From Podospora anserina (lineage: Eukaryota): a stretch of 64,000 nt of DNA. Under the pieces are notes generated by a model. It was given only the letters and a program-made list of their open reading frames with translations. It did not search any database and had not been told where the DNA came from. The stretch's first letter is position 1; each line of letters starts with the position of its first letter. The translations under genes and the position numbers were made by a program. This document shows positions 27,101 through 39,233 of the stretch, piece after piece. The stretch is from positions 3,720,001-3,784,000 of the forward strand of contig CM030335.1 in the NCBI GenBank assembly GCA_017654855.1, in the 5' to 3' direction.

Positions 27101-30100
27101 AAAAATGAAGAAAACATACTGAGGGTGCCCTTGGGCTTGCCCGTTGTGCCCGAGGTGAAGATGACATAGGCCGGGTCGGTTGGGACAGAGACATCGTGGA
27201 GCTGAAGCTGTCCTTGATCTGATCCATCATTTCATTGTTAGCAATAATGAACGGGAAGGTGGGTGGGTGGGTAGGCAGGCGGGGTCAACTCACCAGTAAC
27301 ACTTTCCGTGGTGGCCGCGAGCAGACTCTTGACACTAGCCAGATCGGCAGGAACGATGGTGTCGACAACCTGGAGGCAGGTGCTCTCAAACTGCGGGGAG
27401 CACAGAATAAGTTTGGCGTCGCAGTCTCTTGCAATCTCCCTCATGCGCTCGACTGGGTGGGCTGGGTCCAGTGGCACAAAGGCTGCTCCTGTCCTGAGGA
27501 TGGCCAGCAGTGCAACCACGGCAAACACCGACTTCTCGAGACAGAAGGGAACGAAGCGAGTGCCATCACCACGCCCGACTCCCTTTGACGATAGCTCCCT
27601 TGCCAGCACCGCCGAGAGCGCGTCGAGATCTCCATTCGACAAGGTTCCATCCCATCCTACCACGGCTGTCGATCCGCTACCCCGCCGAATCAGTTCCTCG
27701 AGCACCATGTCATGCACGCGACGATCCACAACCGGACTCGGAGTCTGATTCCACTCCCGTACCCTTTCCTTATCTTCAGCACCCATCAGATCGATCTCCC
27801 CGATTCTTGTTGTCTGATTGTCTATCGAAGACAGTCGCTCCAGCACAGTTCCAAACTGGCCCAGCATCCGGACCACCTGCCACTCGGCCAAGATGCCAGC
27901 ATCGAAATAAGCACACAACTCGATGGTGCTGTCGTTTGAGGCACCCCCAGAGCCGACAGTGCACGTCACGTTGAGCGGATAACTAAAGAAGTCCGCACCT
28001 TGCTTCGACCCTCCGCCGGCAAGGTTGTTCCAGAGGCTATCTTCCGCCACCTCTTCAGCTGTGTCGATAACAAGGAGGTTTTGGAAGTCGCATGCAGCAG
28101 CAGCAGTTGGACTGAGTGTTCGGATCCGCTGCAGTCCGGCAAACTGGTGGGGGATGGCACCGTTCAGTTGTCTTTGGACCTCAAGCAGCATTTCTTGCAC
28201 GCTGAGCGATCGGTCGATGCGGATGCGCCTGGGAACTGATGTCAAGGTTGGGCCCACGAGGTCTTCAATGCCAGCCACAGGAACATCACGTCCGTTCAAC
28301 ACTTCACCGAATGTGACATCCTCTGACGAAGAGTAGATGGACACCACAACCGCCCATGCTGCTCGTAACAGAGACGCCATTGTCACTTCGGTCCCTTTTG
28401 GACGGGTGAACCGCACTGATCGCCGCGCTTGGCTGGTGGCTTTTACGTCGTAACCCGGGCGTGGCAGTGGAGGGAATTGCTGAGCTGTAGAACCGGAGAG
28501 AGCTTCGATCCAAAACGCATCCGAGGTGACTGTATCGCTGTTGGACAGGTATTCGACGAAGCGTGAATAGTTTGGCACTGGCGCCAGAGGGGCCTCGGGG
28601 TGGTGGTACTGATGCTCGACGCGGCCCAACAACGTTGGCAAGCTCCATCCATCATACAGAGCATGGTGAGCGGTCCATACAAAAGTCGGGGAATCGCTTT
28701 CCTCTCCCGCGATGGCGTAGCGAGACAGGATACCGCCATCGTGTGGTGGAAGGTGGCGGGAGGTTTTGGGGAGGTTATTGATGTCCTTCAGAGTGGTCCA
28801 GGAGATTGGGCTTTGAACAACAACCTGCAAGAAGCCGAGATCTTCTACAAAGACAACTCTTGTACGGAGGATGGACTCGGACGCAACGACCTTTGCCCAC
28901 GCTTGCTTGAATCGCTCCAAGTTTGTCCCGGCCGGCAGCTTGTATGCATTGACAGCAACGTATGCTCCGGGCTGTCTTTGTGAAGCTGCGACAAGGCCTG
29001 CTTGGAGTGGCGTGCAGGGGTAGATATCCTCCACGACTTCAGGACTGACCCGACATAACGAGGCTACTTGTTGGCGCAAAGCCTCAATGTCCTGCGGAGC
29101 CTTTGAAGCAATGAGGCTGAACGCCTTGGTTGGCCCGGGCAGATAATCGACAGTGCTTTCGTTGTTGACTGCCTCGTTCAACGATCCGAACTTGTGAGAC
29201 TCGCTTGTCTTCATATCCTTCGCCATTTCAGAGAGCTTTGGGGTTTGGAATATGGTGGCAACCGCGAGAACGAGACCCCTCTGTCGTGCAGCCGTTGCGA
29301 GACGCATAGCTCCGACCGAGTCACCACCGTGACGGAAGAAACTGTCGTCGGCGCCAATGGCTTCAAGATCAACATTAAGAACGGTCGACCACAGCTGCTG
29401 AAGTTCTTTTTCCATGGCGGTTTCAGGAGCCCGCCCACCACTCTTCTTCGCCCCGAGTCGGTAGGCCGTGATACCGTTGGGGTCGTCTTTGTCGAGTTTC
29501 TCGAACTGCGCCTGTGCCATGTTGCGTAGTCGTTTTCGGTCGAGTTTTCCAGAGGACGTCAGGGGCATCTTGGTGACGGGGATGAAAACAGATGGTACCA
29601 TATAAGCGGCCATCTTGGTGGAGATGGAGTCGACAATGGTCTGGGCAAGGGATCGGAAAGTGGCGGTCATGGGAAAAATAGCAATCTTTTCATCTGACTG
29701 ATCCTCCTGGGTCAGACAGATGAAGGCGCCAAGAGCCTTCTGAGATTGTCCGACTGAAATGAGCTCGACAGAGGATTGGGAGGTTTCTGGAAGGCACGCC
29801 TTCACGTGGTGTTCGATTTCGCCGAGTTCGATACGCTGCCCGTGCAGCTTGACCTGGGTATCCTTTCGACCTAAATAAATTAGCGAGCCATCCGAGTTAT
29901 ACCTGACCAAGTCTCCCGTCTTGTACATCCTCCTGGCGCCTCTCTCTGAGTGATACGGGTCCAGGGCAGCCCAGTGAGGCATCTCCACAAACACCCTCGC
30001 CGTTTCGGCGGGCATCTCGAGATAACCTCTGGCCAGGATGGGCCCCTCAATCAACAACTCGCCAGCGCAGCCAATGGGTACCAATCGATTGTGGTCGCGA

Positions 30101-33100
30101 GGGTCCACCACCCACGAAACGCTGCCAACGCTGGTGCCAATATTCGCAACATCACCATTGGCGTCAATGTGGAGACGGTGTGTCGAGTTGATGGAGCATT
30201 CACTGGGCCCGTACTGATTGTGCACAGGGATCGCGCCGCCCCAGATATTGAGAACCTCCTGTGTCAGAGCCTCCCCTCCAACAGCCATACCACGAATGCT
30301 CGGCACCTGCTCGGGCCGGAGCAATGCCGCCACGGTGGGCGTCAGATCCATAAAGTTGGCATCAAGCCTCCTGATGGCGCCCGGGAGGTCCCCGAGTCTG
30401 TCTTCTTCCGAAGGAACGCAAACGCAGCCACCATGGATGAGGTTGGTGAACATCTCTTCCAGACTGTTGTCGAAAGTGTGAGCTGCAAACTGCAGGAAAC
30501 GTGTATGTGGCCCCAAACCTAGCGCTGATCCGTGTGCGAGGGCGCTGGAGACGAGCGCTTGATGACAAAGAATTACACCCTTCGGTTTTCCGGTGCTTCC
30601 GGAAGTAAACATAACAAATGCTGCATCTTCTGGTGAGGACTCGGTGTGGTCGTCTTCGACAACAAGATCCTCGAGACTCTGCATCATCTCTGCTCCTACT
30701 GCCACCACGTACGGTACCATCGTCTCAAACATGGAGGCACGTGTCTCTGAAGCAACGACGATGATGGCACCCGCGTCAAGGACCTTGCCCTCCAATGCAT
30801 TGGCGGGGTGAGTAGCGTCGAGGGGAACAACGCCTCCGCCTGCTTTCAAGACGGCAAGCATGGCAATGACGGTCCACGATGACTTATCAAAGCAGACAGG
30901 CACCAAAACTTCTGGCCCGACACCAAAGGCTCGAAGATGCTCAGCAAGGCGATTGGCCAGAGTGTTCATTTCCTGATAGGTGAAGTCACCATCCCATCCG
31001 CGAACGGCTGGTGAATTGGGTCGAAGAGCAACTTGTTTCTCCACCATGCGGTGCACACATTCCGCTGTGTTCGGTGGCATGTTCTTGTTCCATGCCCAAA
31101 TGAGCTCCTTGCTAGTGTCGTGGACGAAATCGAGCTGCGAGATGGGCTGTTCTGCGTGCTTGACGATGTTGGCCAAAACTTGGAGGAAGGTTGCAGCCAC
31201 ATTCTGCGCCTGAGCGTCGATGACCGAGTCTGTCCAGTAGTCAATGTCAATGGCAGCCCAGCCATCATCGTCAACCTCAACATTGACCGAAATTGGATAC
31301 TCTGTAGGGTCATGGATAGCTTCGACATCCTCCCAAACAAGTGATCCTGGCTTGGTCTCGGCTGTGTGTTGGAGAAGTCGGCGATACGAGATGCACGTAT
31401 TGAACAGTGCCATCCCACCGGGAAGATGCAGTGCATGCTGAACTTCAGCCAGAGATGCCTGAGAGTATGGCATACTTTCAAGCTGCTCCTTTTGCACTGC
31501 CTCAAGAAGGCTCATCAAAGACATAGGGGCATCGTCAGATGACTCGAGTTTCACCCTCTGAGTGGCCATGTTGATGAAAGGCCCGACTGCGTCTTCCGAG
31601 CCCTCGACGTGCTCGCCGTCACGGCCGGAAACAAGATAACCGAAACAAACATCATCGGTGCCGGTATAACGGGCCAGCGTAACTGCCCATGCGGCATGGA
31701 AAGCGTTTGGCAGAGTGACTCCAGTCTCTTGGCAAAATGATCGCAAGGAGCTGAGCTCAGGGAATGAGATGCGAAGCGAACGAAGCTCCTTCTGGTGGTC
31801 CGGGATGACGAGACCATCGGTTAAAACTGGAAAGTGACAGGGCTCGGCACCTTCGAGATGATGTTTCCAGAAAGCCATGTCTTCATCCAAATCACGCTGC
31901 TGAAGGCTGAAAACAAAAGGGCTGAAGAGTGGCTTCGGGAACCCATTCAGAGTCCCTTCGTAGCTACGGCCAAGGTCGCGGAGCAAAAGGTCCATGGATG
32001 CACCATCCATCACCGTGTGGCTCATCTCCAAAACACAGATGATGCCATTGCTGGGTTCGGCGGTATGGAAGACTGAGAAGCGGTGCTGGGTGGCATTATT
32101 ATCCTGGTATTTCATGGGCTGCAGGCTTTTGGCCATTGCCAGCATCTCGTTGTCATTCAGACATTCCCGCAGCTGTATCGAAGGCTCGACATCCTTGAGC
32201 ACCACCTGGTCATAGCCGCCAGCCCGCACAGAGCTGATCGCGTCAATGAAGACGGTTCGAAGCAGCGCATGATGTTGCACAACACCCTTCCAGGCTTGCA
32301 CAAGCCTATCCGCGCTCAAGGGAAGGTCTGTATGCGGCTTGAAGCGGAGCACTCGCCGGACAGCATAGAAGTCTCCGTCTTTGGTTCGACTCATCAAGAG
32401 ACCTTGCTGGATGGGTGAGGCCGGATAGATGTCCTCGACAGCTTCCCATCCTCGACCTCCTGTCAGTCCGGGGAGGCGACTTTCCTCAAAGGTAGCAAGG
32501 TCGGCGGGCTTCAGCTCGGGGATAAGCGCAAGATCGCTAGCCGTGAGGCGATATCTGAGCGAGGAAAGGGCCCTTGTGGCATCAATCAAGGTCTGGCGAC
32601 AGGCAGCAACCCAATCGTGGATCAACGACTGGTGGAGCATATGGCGGTTCCAAGCAAAGCCGAATCGCAGAGCACCGCGCACTATGACGGCCGAGATTTC
32701 GAAGAGGGAGAATCGAAGAGCCATGTGGCCAAAGTCAGCTGTTGGGCTGCCCGGATGTGCTTCACCGGCCATGAGGGCACCCGAGGCAGGCTGGAACAAA
32801 GCACCAGCACGCTCGAGCTGCTGGTATCGACCCAGGAAGTTGAACGAGATTTCCATGTCCTTGTGATGAGTAGCCCATCGCTCACGTCCACCGTTGGTGT
32901 GGAATCGTGCCGCAAAATAGGGACGACCGTTGCCCGGCACCTTGCGCCGAGAGTCCTTGGTTTGGATAAGGGCATCCACGAAGCTGTTGGGCCGTGACAA
33001 GGCCACGGGAAATAGCGTGGTGAACCAGCCAACAGTACGAGAGATGTCAATCTCTGGTCGGGGAGGCTCACGGCCGTGTCCCTCATTAAAGATGGCTGGC

Positions 33101-36100
33101 ATGGGGCGGTCTGTGAAGACTGTGCGGAAGGACCAGAGAAGGGCTGCCAGGAGAAGCTCCACTGTCTCTGTTCGAAGAGGTGCTTGACACTGATCTGACA
33201 GCAAAAGGCCCGTTGTATTTGGATCAAGCTCGAAGCCCTCACAGGCCACATCACCGTACAAGTTTGGGCGCTCTTGCATACCCCAATACTCGAAGCGTGC
33301 TGGAGGGACCTGATCGGATCCCGGGAGCAGCTTGTTAAGATCCTTGACTTGACAGTCGCTTGCTTGAAGAGCACTCCACTTTCTGAATGGGAGGGATCTG
33401 TGGATAACGGAGGCCTTGTTGTCCAAAATCTCCTCTACCTCCTCTAGTACCACTCTCCAAGACACCAGATCAATGACTAAGTGATGTGCTGTCATGAAGA
33501 GTACCTGGTGTCCATCATCGCGACCTTGAGCTACAAACAACTCGGCTGCGATGAGTGGACCTTGACGGACATTGAGGCAACCTTGGGCGCTAGCAATGCT
33601 TGCATCGGCTTCACCAGCAATTAAGATCCTGCTATGCATGCGAAGGCGGTAAGAGCCCTCCACATCGGCGGTGATGTACTGTTGCCACTCGCCAGTCTCC
33701 GGGCTTTGTTCGAAGCGCGCCCTCAGCATGTGATGCCGATGAACTACAGTTCTGAGGGCATTCCGTACCACAGCCTCATCGAGGGGCCGCGCAAGTCGGA
33801 GGCAGAAGCTCTGATTGAAGTGCTCATCGCCCTCGGCTTGCCGGCGAGCCTGAAAGTGGTACTGCTGAATGGGTGAGAGCGGAAACCGCTTGTTGAGAGC
33901 TAGTTCCTCTTCTTTGTCTTCAGCCTCATGTCCTTCCGGCTCTGCAAGGACTCTGACACATTCGGCCAGTCGTCTCAGAGACTTGGCACGGAGTATGTCT
34001 TGCACCAACAGTCCCATGTTTGCCTTCTTGGCCTGGCTTGCACACGCCATCGCAGTGATGGAATCGCCACCAAGGCTGAGGAAGCTCCGGTTGTCGACAT
34101 CAATCTGATCAGCAGGAAGATTCAGCACCAAACTCCAGATACCACGGAGCTTGGACTCGGCGTCTGTGAGGTTGGCATCGCTAGGGGTATTGTCGGAACC
34201 CTTGCCGTCAGCATCGACAGAGTCGGTGTTGGACGCAACCTGTTGTCTGATGATAATTTGCTGGCACTGGTCGTTGGTGAGGGTTGATTCAACCCAGGTC
34301 GACACGGTCTTGCGGTCCATCTTTCGCGACGATAACATCGGAATTTCATCGACGCATAGCCAAGTGGAGGGCACCATGTAAGCTGGGAGGCGGGTGCCCA
34401 GTCGCTCACGGATGCCCTGAAGAATAGGCTCAGTCAGGGTAGAGTTCTCAGTCAGCCTCAACACTGAAGCACCAGTGGAGCTTGTGGTGGTAGACCCGAC
34501 AGAGTCCGGAAGGGAAAGAATCGCAATCAGGCGCTTGGCCAATGGCCCCTGCTTGGGCAAGAGGACTAGGGCATGCTTCACGCTTTCATCGACGGCCAGG
34601 TGGTGTTCGATCTCTCCCAGTTCGATACGTTGGCCGTGGAACTTGATCTGTGTGTCTTTGCGACCGACATAGCTCAAAGAGCCCTTGGGCGAGTTGTATC
34701 TCGCAAGGTCGCCCGTCTTGTAGAAGCGTCGACCATGCATCCAGACAAAGCTGTCCTCAGTCTTGGTCGGCTCGTTGAGATAGCCTCGAGCCAAACTCGG
34801 GCCCTCCAAGAGCAGTTCACCGACACAGCCGACAGGCACCAAACGGGTGTGGTCGGTTGGGTCGACAAGCCAGCAACGAACACCGCAAGGCATGCCAATA
34901 TCAGTGGCCTCGGTGGAAGGGCCGACGCGAGGGTTGACAACAGCAGCGACGGAGCTCTCGGCCGGACCGTAACCATTGACAAGCTCGATGTGAGACCACG
35001 TTGTGACGTGCGTAGGTGACATGGCCTCACCAGCAAGAACTAGCCTGCGAAGCTGAGGGACGGTAGCAGGGGTAAGGAAACCGACAAAGGATGGTGTCAA
35101 AACGGCATGATCAACTCGCAACCGGCTCATGGCCCCGGCGAGGTCGTTCAGCCGGTCTTGTTCGCTGGGAATGCAAACACATGCTCCAACCATGAGTGGT
35201 GTCAGGATCTCCACCAGGCTAGCATCAAATGTATGTGCTGCGAACTGCAACACTCGACAGGTGCCATCGATTCGAAGCGCCGGAGCATGAGATCTGGCAC
35301 TGGAACAGAAGGATCGGTGCTCGATAACGGTACCCTGTGGACGACTCAGTCAGTTACCAGGTATTTGTGATGCAGCGAACATCAAGCAGCAAGATGGGAG
35401 AGGAGAGATGATGTTGCTTACCTTGGGCTTGCCGGTAGAGCCAGATGTGAAGATGACATAGGCAACATTGCTGCTAGACACATTGGTCATGACAGAATGA
35501 CCAGGCTGATCAGACGGCAACTCGGGGCATTCCACAAGAGTCTGGTCATCCACAGGCAGTACTGTCTCCAGCCCCACCTGAGTAAGAGTTGGCACCAGCT
35601 GACGAGCGCAGAGGACCATGTCTGCTCCCACCGAATCACAGAGACTCCGAAGTCGCTCTACGGGATGAGAGGGGTCCAAAGGAACGAAGGCTGCACCGGC
35701 CTTCAGGACTGCAACCATGGCAATCACTGTCCATTTCTGATACACGCCAAATTAGCTACACACCTTCTCGCAAGGCTGCCGTACCGTGTCACGTAGGTAT
35801 GCAACGTACCGATTTCTCGAAGCAAAGTGGGATCAGGACTTCGGGTCCTGCGCCCAACCCAACAAGGCGTGCAGCCAGCCGACCTGACACAGCGTCAAGT
35901 TCACGATAGGTGAGCGAGCCGTCCCACGCGCAGATGGCCTCTGCATCCGGACGATCCAGCACCTGGTCGGCAATGACATGATGCACACACCGGTCCACTG
36001 GGTCGATCACCACATCGTTGTTCCACGACTGTACTTGGTCTTCGTTGGCCCGGCTCAGAACGGGCAGCGTACCTAGTGTGGCATCCAAAGGGCTCGCTAG

Positions 36101-37035
36101 GAGAGCCGATAGGATCTTGGCATAGGTGCTGGCGATGAGGTTGCCCTGTGCCATGGGCATGCCCAAGAGCGTACTGTTCCACTCTAGGAACAGATTCAAG
36201 CTTGACTCCCCGCCTTTGACAAGGAGGCGGAGCTTGTGTTGTTGTGGTTGCTGCTGCTATAGATGAGGCTGTTAACATAATCACTAGGGCTAGGTATACA
36301 AAACGGTGTTATAGGACGGGAAGACAGGGATCATGGGTTAGGGTTAGTGCCCAAGTCCAGATCATTTTGAGCAGGGTCAGGGATCTTGGCCTCGCGCTAC
36401 TGATCTGGGGTGTCTCACGAGAGAGATGTCTTGGGTGTAGTTTTGACGTGTCTCTCTAGCTTGACTTGCTATGCAGCCAAGGTCGCGATGAAGTGAGACT
36501 AGGAAAACTGACAAAGTATCTAACTTACCAGAGGCATAACACGACGCGGTGCCGAAGACCTGGGTAGGCCCCACAGCACTACGGAAGTGTCAAACAGCGG
36601 GTGATCGCCGGCACGGATCAGCTCGGCCGGGACCGGGGGCAGATGCTTGGCAAAGTCGGCCTTGGCACGTTCCACGGTCACGGAGACGGACGCGGCATCA
36701 TCAAGGCAGAACCGTGCAACGACGGGATGAGGTGTGTCACCTTGAAATCCAAACGTCACGTCGTCCTGCCCTGTGTAGCAGCGCAGGAGCACAGCCCAGG
36801 CCGTTCGGAGCACAGCACCGAGCCCGTCCCGGTCTTCGGCTCTAGACAGCTCTAGCAGCTTCTCGCGATCCTCCTGCTCGACAGGCACCCGGGTTGTCGA
36901 TGCAATTGGCTGGCGGTTGGGCGCAGTCTCGCTCTTTGCTGAGCGGCTAAAGGGCGGAAAGCGGCATGGTGCCACACCAGTCAGGTACGCGACCCAGTCC
37001 ATGTTCATGTCGGTGATGTTGCCGGTGGGGTTCAT
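12174..37035 (-). CDS. Multimodular nonribosomal peptide synthetase (about 8,028 aa; C*-A-T-E-C-A-T-C-A-T-E-C-A-T-C-A-T-E-C-T-C-T0), NPS4/NRPS4-like
   Basis: Exons 37035-36529, 36256-35810, 35736-35422, 35334-27294, 27218-27120, 27043-24671, 24607-17136, 17073-14761 and 14693-12174 join in frame (24,087 nt). Five A domains (FTSGxTGxPKG, NxYGPxE, YK/RTGDL). Six GGDS T domains plus one GGDI. Three E domains (HHLxxDxVSW, EGHGRE/ENHGRD, TVGWFT). C domains SHTVMDG, HHALYDG, SHAICDG, HHALYDG, NHAAVDG and terminal SHAQYDG. Confidence 0.95.
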
Positions 37036-39233
37036 GATGATCGAAGAATTGCGTGGATGAAGAGGAGGGAAATTCAAAGGTAGAATGAGGTACTCGGTAA
37101 AGTATCACTGAATCTTGTGGGACAAACTGTTTGTTGCTGATCACTCAAGGCTTCAGGTATTGATTTCAGTTACCATGAGTTCAGACTGCAGGTCTCACTG
37201 AACATTGATCGATCATGTCTCGGAAGGCCAAGGTGGGACCTGAGTTGAAGAAAACTACATCAGTTATAGACTGGGTATCGATTGCCTCATTTCCTCTTTT
37301 TTTTTGCGACCACCTCGTTCTCTGGCCTCTTCCAGCTCCCGCCTGCCCCCTTCACCCATTTCTCCCGCTGCCCTGTTTTTTTCTCTCGCTCTTTTGTTCT
37401 TTTTTCGACCGCGGGTGGCCGGGATCCCAACAAACCTTGGCCATAGGTAACATCTGGAAAATCTCTGGACAGGTGCTAGCTTCGCTGGAGACGCTTTTAC
37501 CATGCTTAGACCATATCCAGGAACGTCGATCAGGTTCTGTCTGTCATGGATTTGGCGGTGGTGGGCCCGGTGGAGCAAGAATGAGAAAAAAGATCCGATC
37601 ATGGAGTCATCAGATCATGCAAAGAGGATCGACAACACCCTTTCGATTTTTGGCAGGAGGAAATGGAGATCGTTGAGATGAGACGGAAAAGAGGTGGCCC
37701 AGTGGACAAGAGTGGTTAGTGCTCCACTATATATGCACTATGACTCCACTGTATAGAGTGGTTCTCGGGGTTAACGGGCCACTGACAGCACCTTGGCACT
37801 GGACCAGGGGGCGGCACACGGCCCAACCGCTGGCGACCAGGGAGAGATTCAGCACTACTTGGTGTTTGGGTGGAGTGGTGGGACGGGACAACGGCTGACA
37901 AAGTACATGTGTAGATCTGTGGGGGAAGCGGGAGATGCCGGCCAATGATGAGGTGTGGTCCAGGATCTGGCGGGCTTGGGAGCAGCGATGACAGGTCGAG
38001 GATCGCCCCGGACACAACGTTGAATATAGCCAGCCAGTTGCCAGCCGCAGAAGCGTCCACCGTACCATGGACCGGAATTCTGAGGGAGTCAGCCCCAAAG
38101 CGGAAGCTGAGCTGGGACTGGGGAACGGTTCCAACATGTCGAAGCAAGGGAGCGCTCAGGTGCTGCTGGCTGCAGTTGAGGGCGGCTGAGTGCACACCGA
38201 CCAACGCCGCTGACCTACGAGACCAGAAGCAGTGTCACCTTGAGCAAGATTGCCGGCCGTTCGCGCAATAGGGCCGGGGAGAAGGATGGGATGCAAAAGG
38301 GGGCTGCAGTGGCTGGCTAGTTGTCGTGTTTTTCCGTCTGTGCCAAGCTGCTTGGGCTCGCCTCACGGCTCAGGAGGGGGGAGCTGAGGGTTGGTTCTCA
38401 GTCTTGGGAAAAGCAGGATTTCTGCATGTAATTTGCCCTCCGGTCATCGCACGGCATAGGGGGGCGCATCCCCAGGCGGGAGCCGGCATCAACAAAACTC
38501 AGTGCCTGCATGCTCCAACCGTCCGCCAACGTCCACCGAGTAAGGGAGCCTTCTGTGCCGGCCCATGTTGCACCATGACGATGGCGTAGCATGACACTGA
38601 CGCCTGGACTGGAGGGAGGCTCAGGCACAACCAACCTAGAGTGGACTGCTTCTTTTTCTGAACGGGACGGGGCTCCGCTGGATTCAGCAACTGGGCCGGC
38701 CTGTGGGGTGACGTCTGACTTCCTAAAGCTACCATAGAGTTTTTCTATTGGGCCGATTCGGCTTCCATGTGGCTTTTTACTATGAGGGTGTGTGGAGATG
38801 GGCTGGTGTAACAAGGGGAAGTCTGTGATGCGTTGTTGGCACTAGGGGCCATGAAATTTCTTTTCGGTAGGGAAAGGGGTTTGAAAACCAAGGACGGAGA
38901 TGGCCACTACCTGCTATTTTCTCGACATGATCGACGATTCTCGATGGCCTGGTCCCGGGAACGAGGAAAAGATTTTCAACAAGATGCAAACAAAACTCGC
39001 CAAGTTCAAGCAACCATCGATGGCGGAATGGGCGAGAATTAATATGTAGCCGCTCATCTGCGAACCCAGGGCTCTGGGTGACCTCTTGTCCCCCCCGATT
39101 TTTTTTGATTCTTCTGGAACTTCGACTTCTTCTCTGTCTGGTTCCCTCATGTCGAGTTGCATGAGACACTGATCACCCGTCGGGACGACTCACTGAACAC
39201 GCGTCTCCTCAAGTCTGAACACGCGGTGCAGTC
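37036..39233. promoter_or_regulatory. Divergent promoter region shared by the NRPS and the ABC transporter
   Basis: A 2.2-kb interval between head-to-head start codons (37035 minus, 39234 plus) with no credible ORF. Confidence 0.65.

Noticed and set aside
12174-37035. The three long NRPS ORFs as separate genes, and the many antisense ORFs within them
   Set aside because: Canonical introns join all segments in frame into one gene. The overlapping ORFs are shadows of GC-rich coding sequence.
37700-37880. Cluster of GAGTGG/CCACT words in the NRPS-ABC promoter
   Set aside because: The words are too short and irregular to call as binding sites without comparative data.
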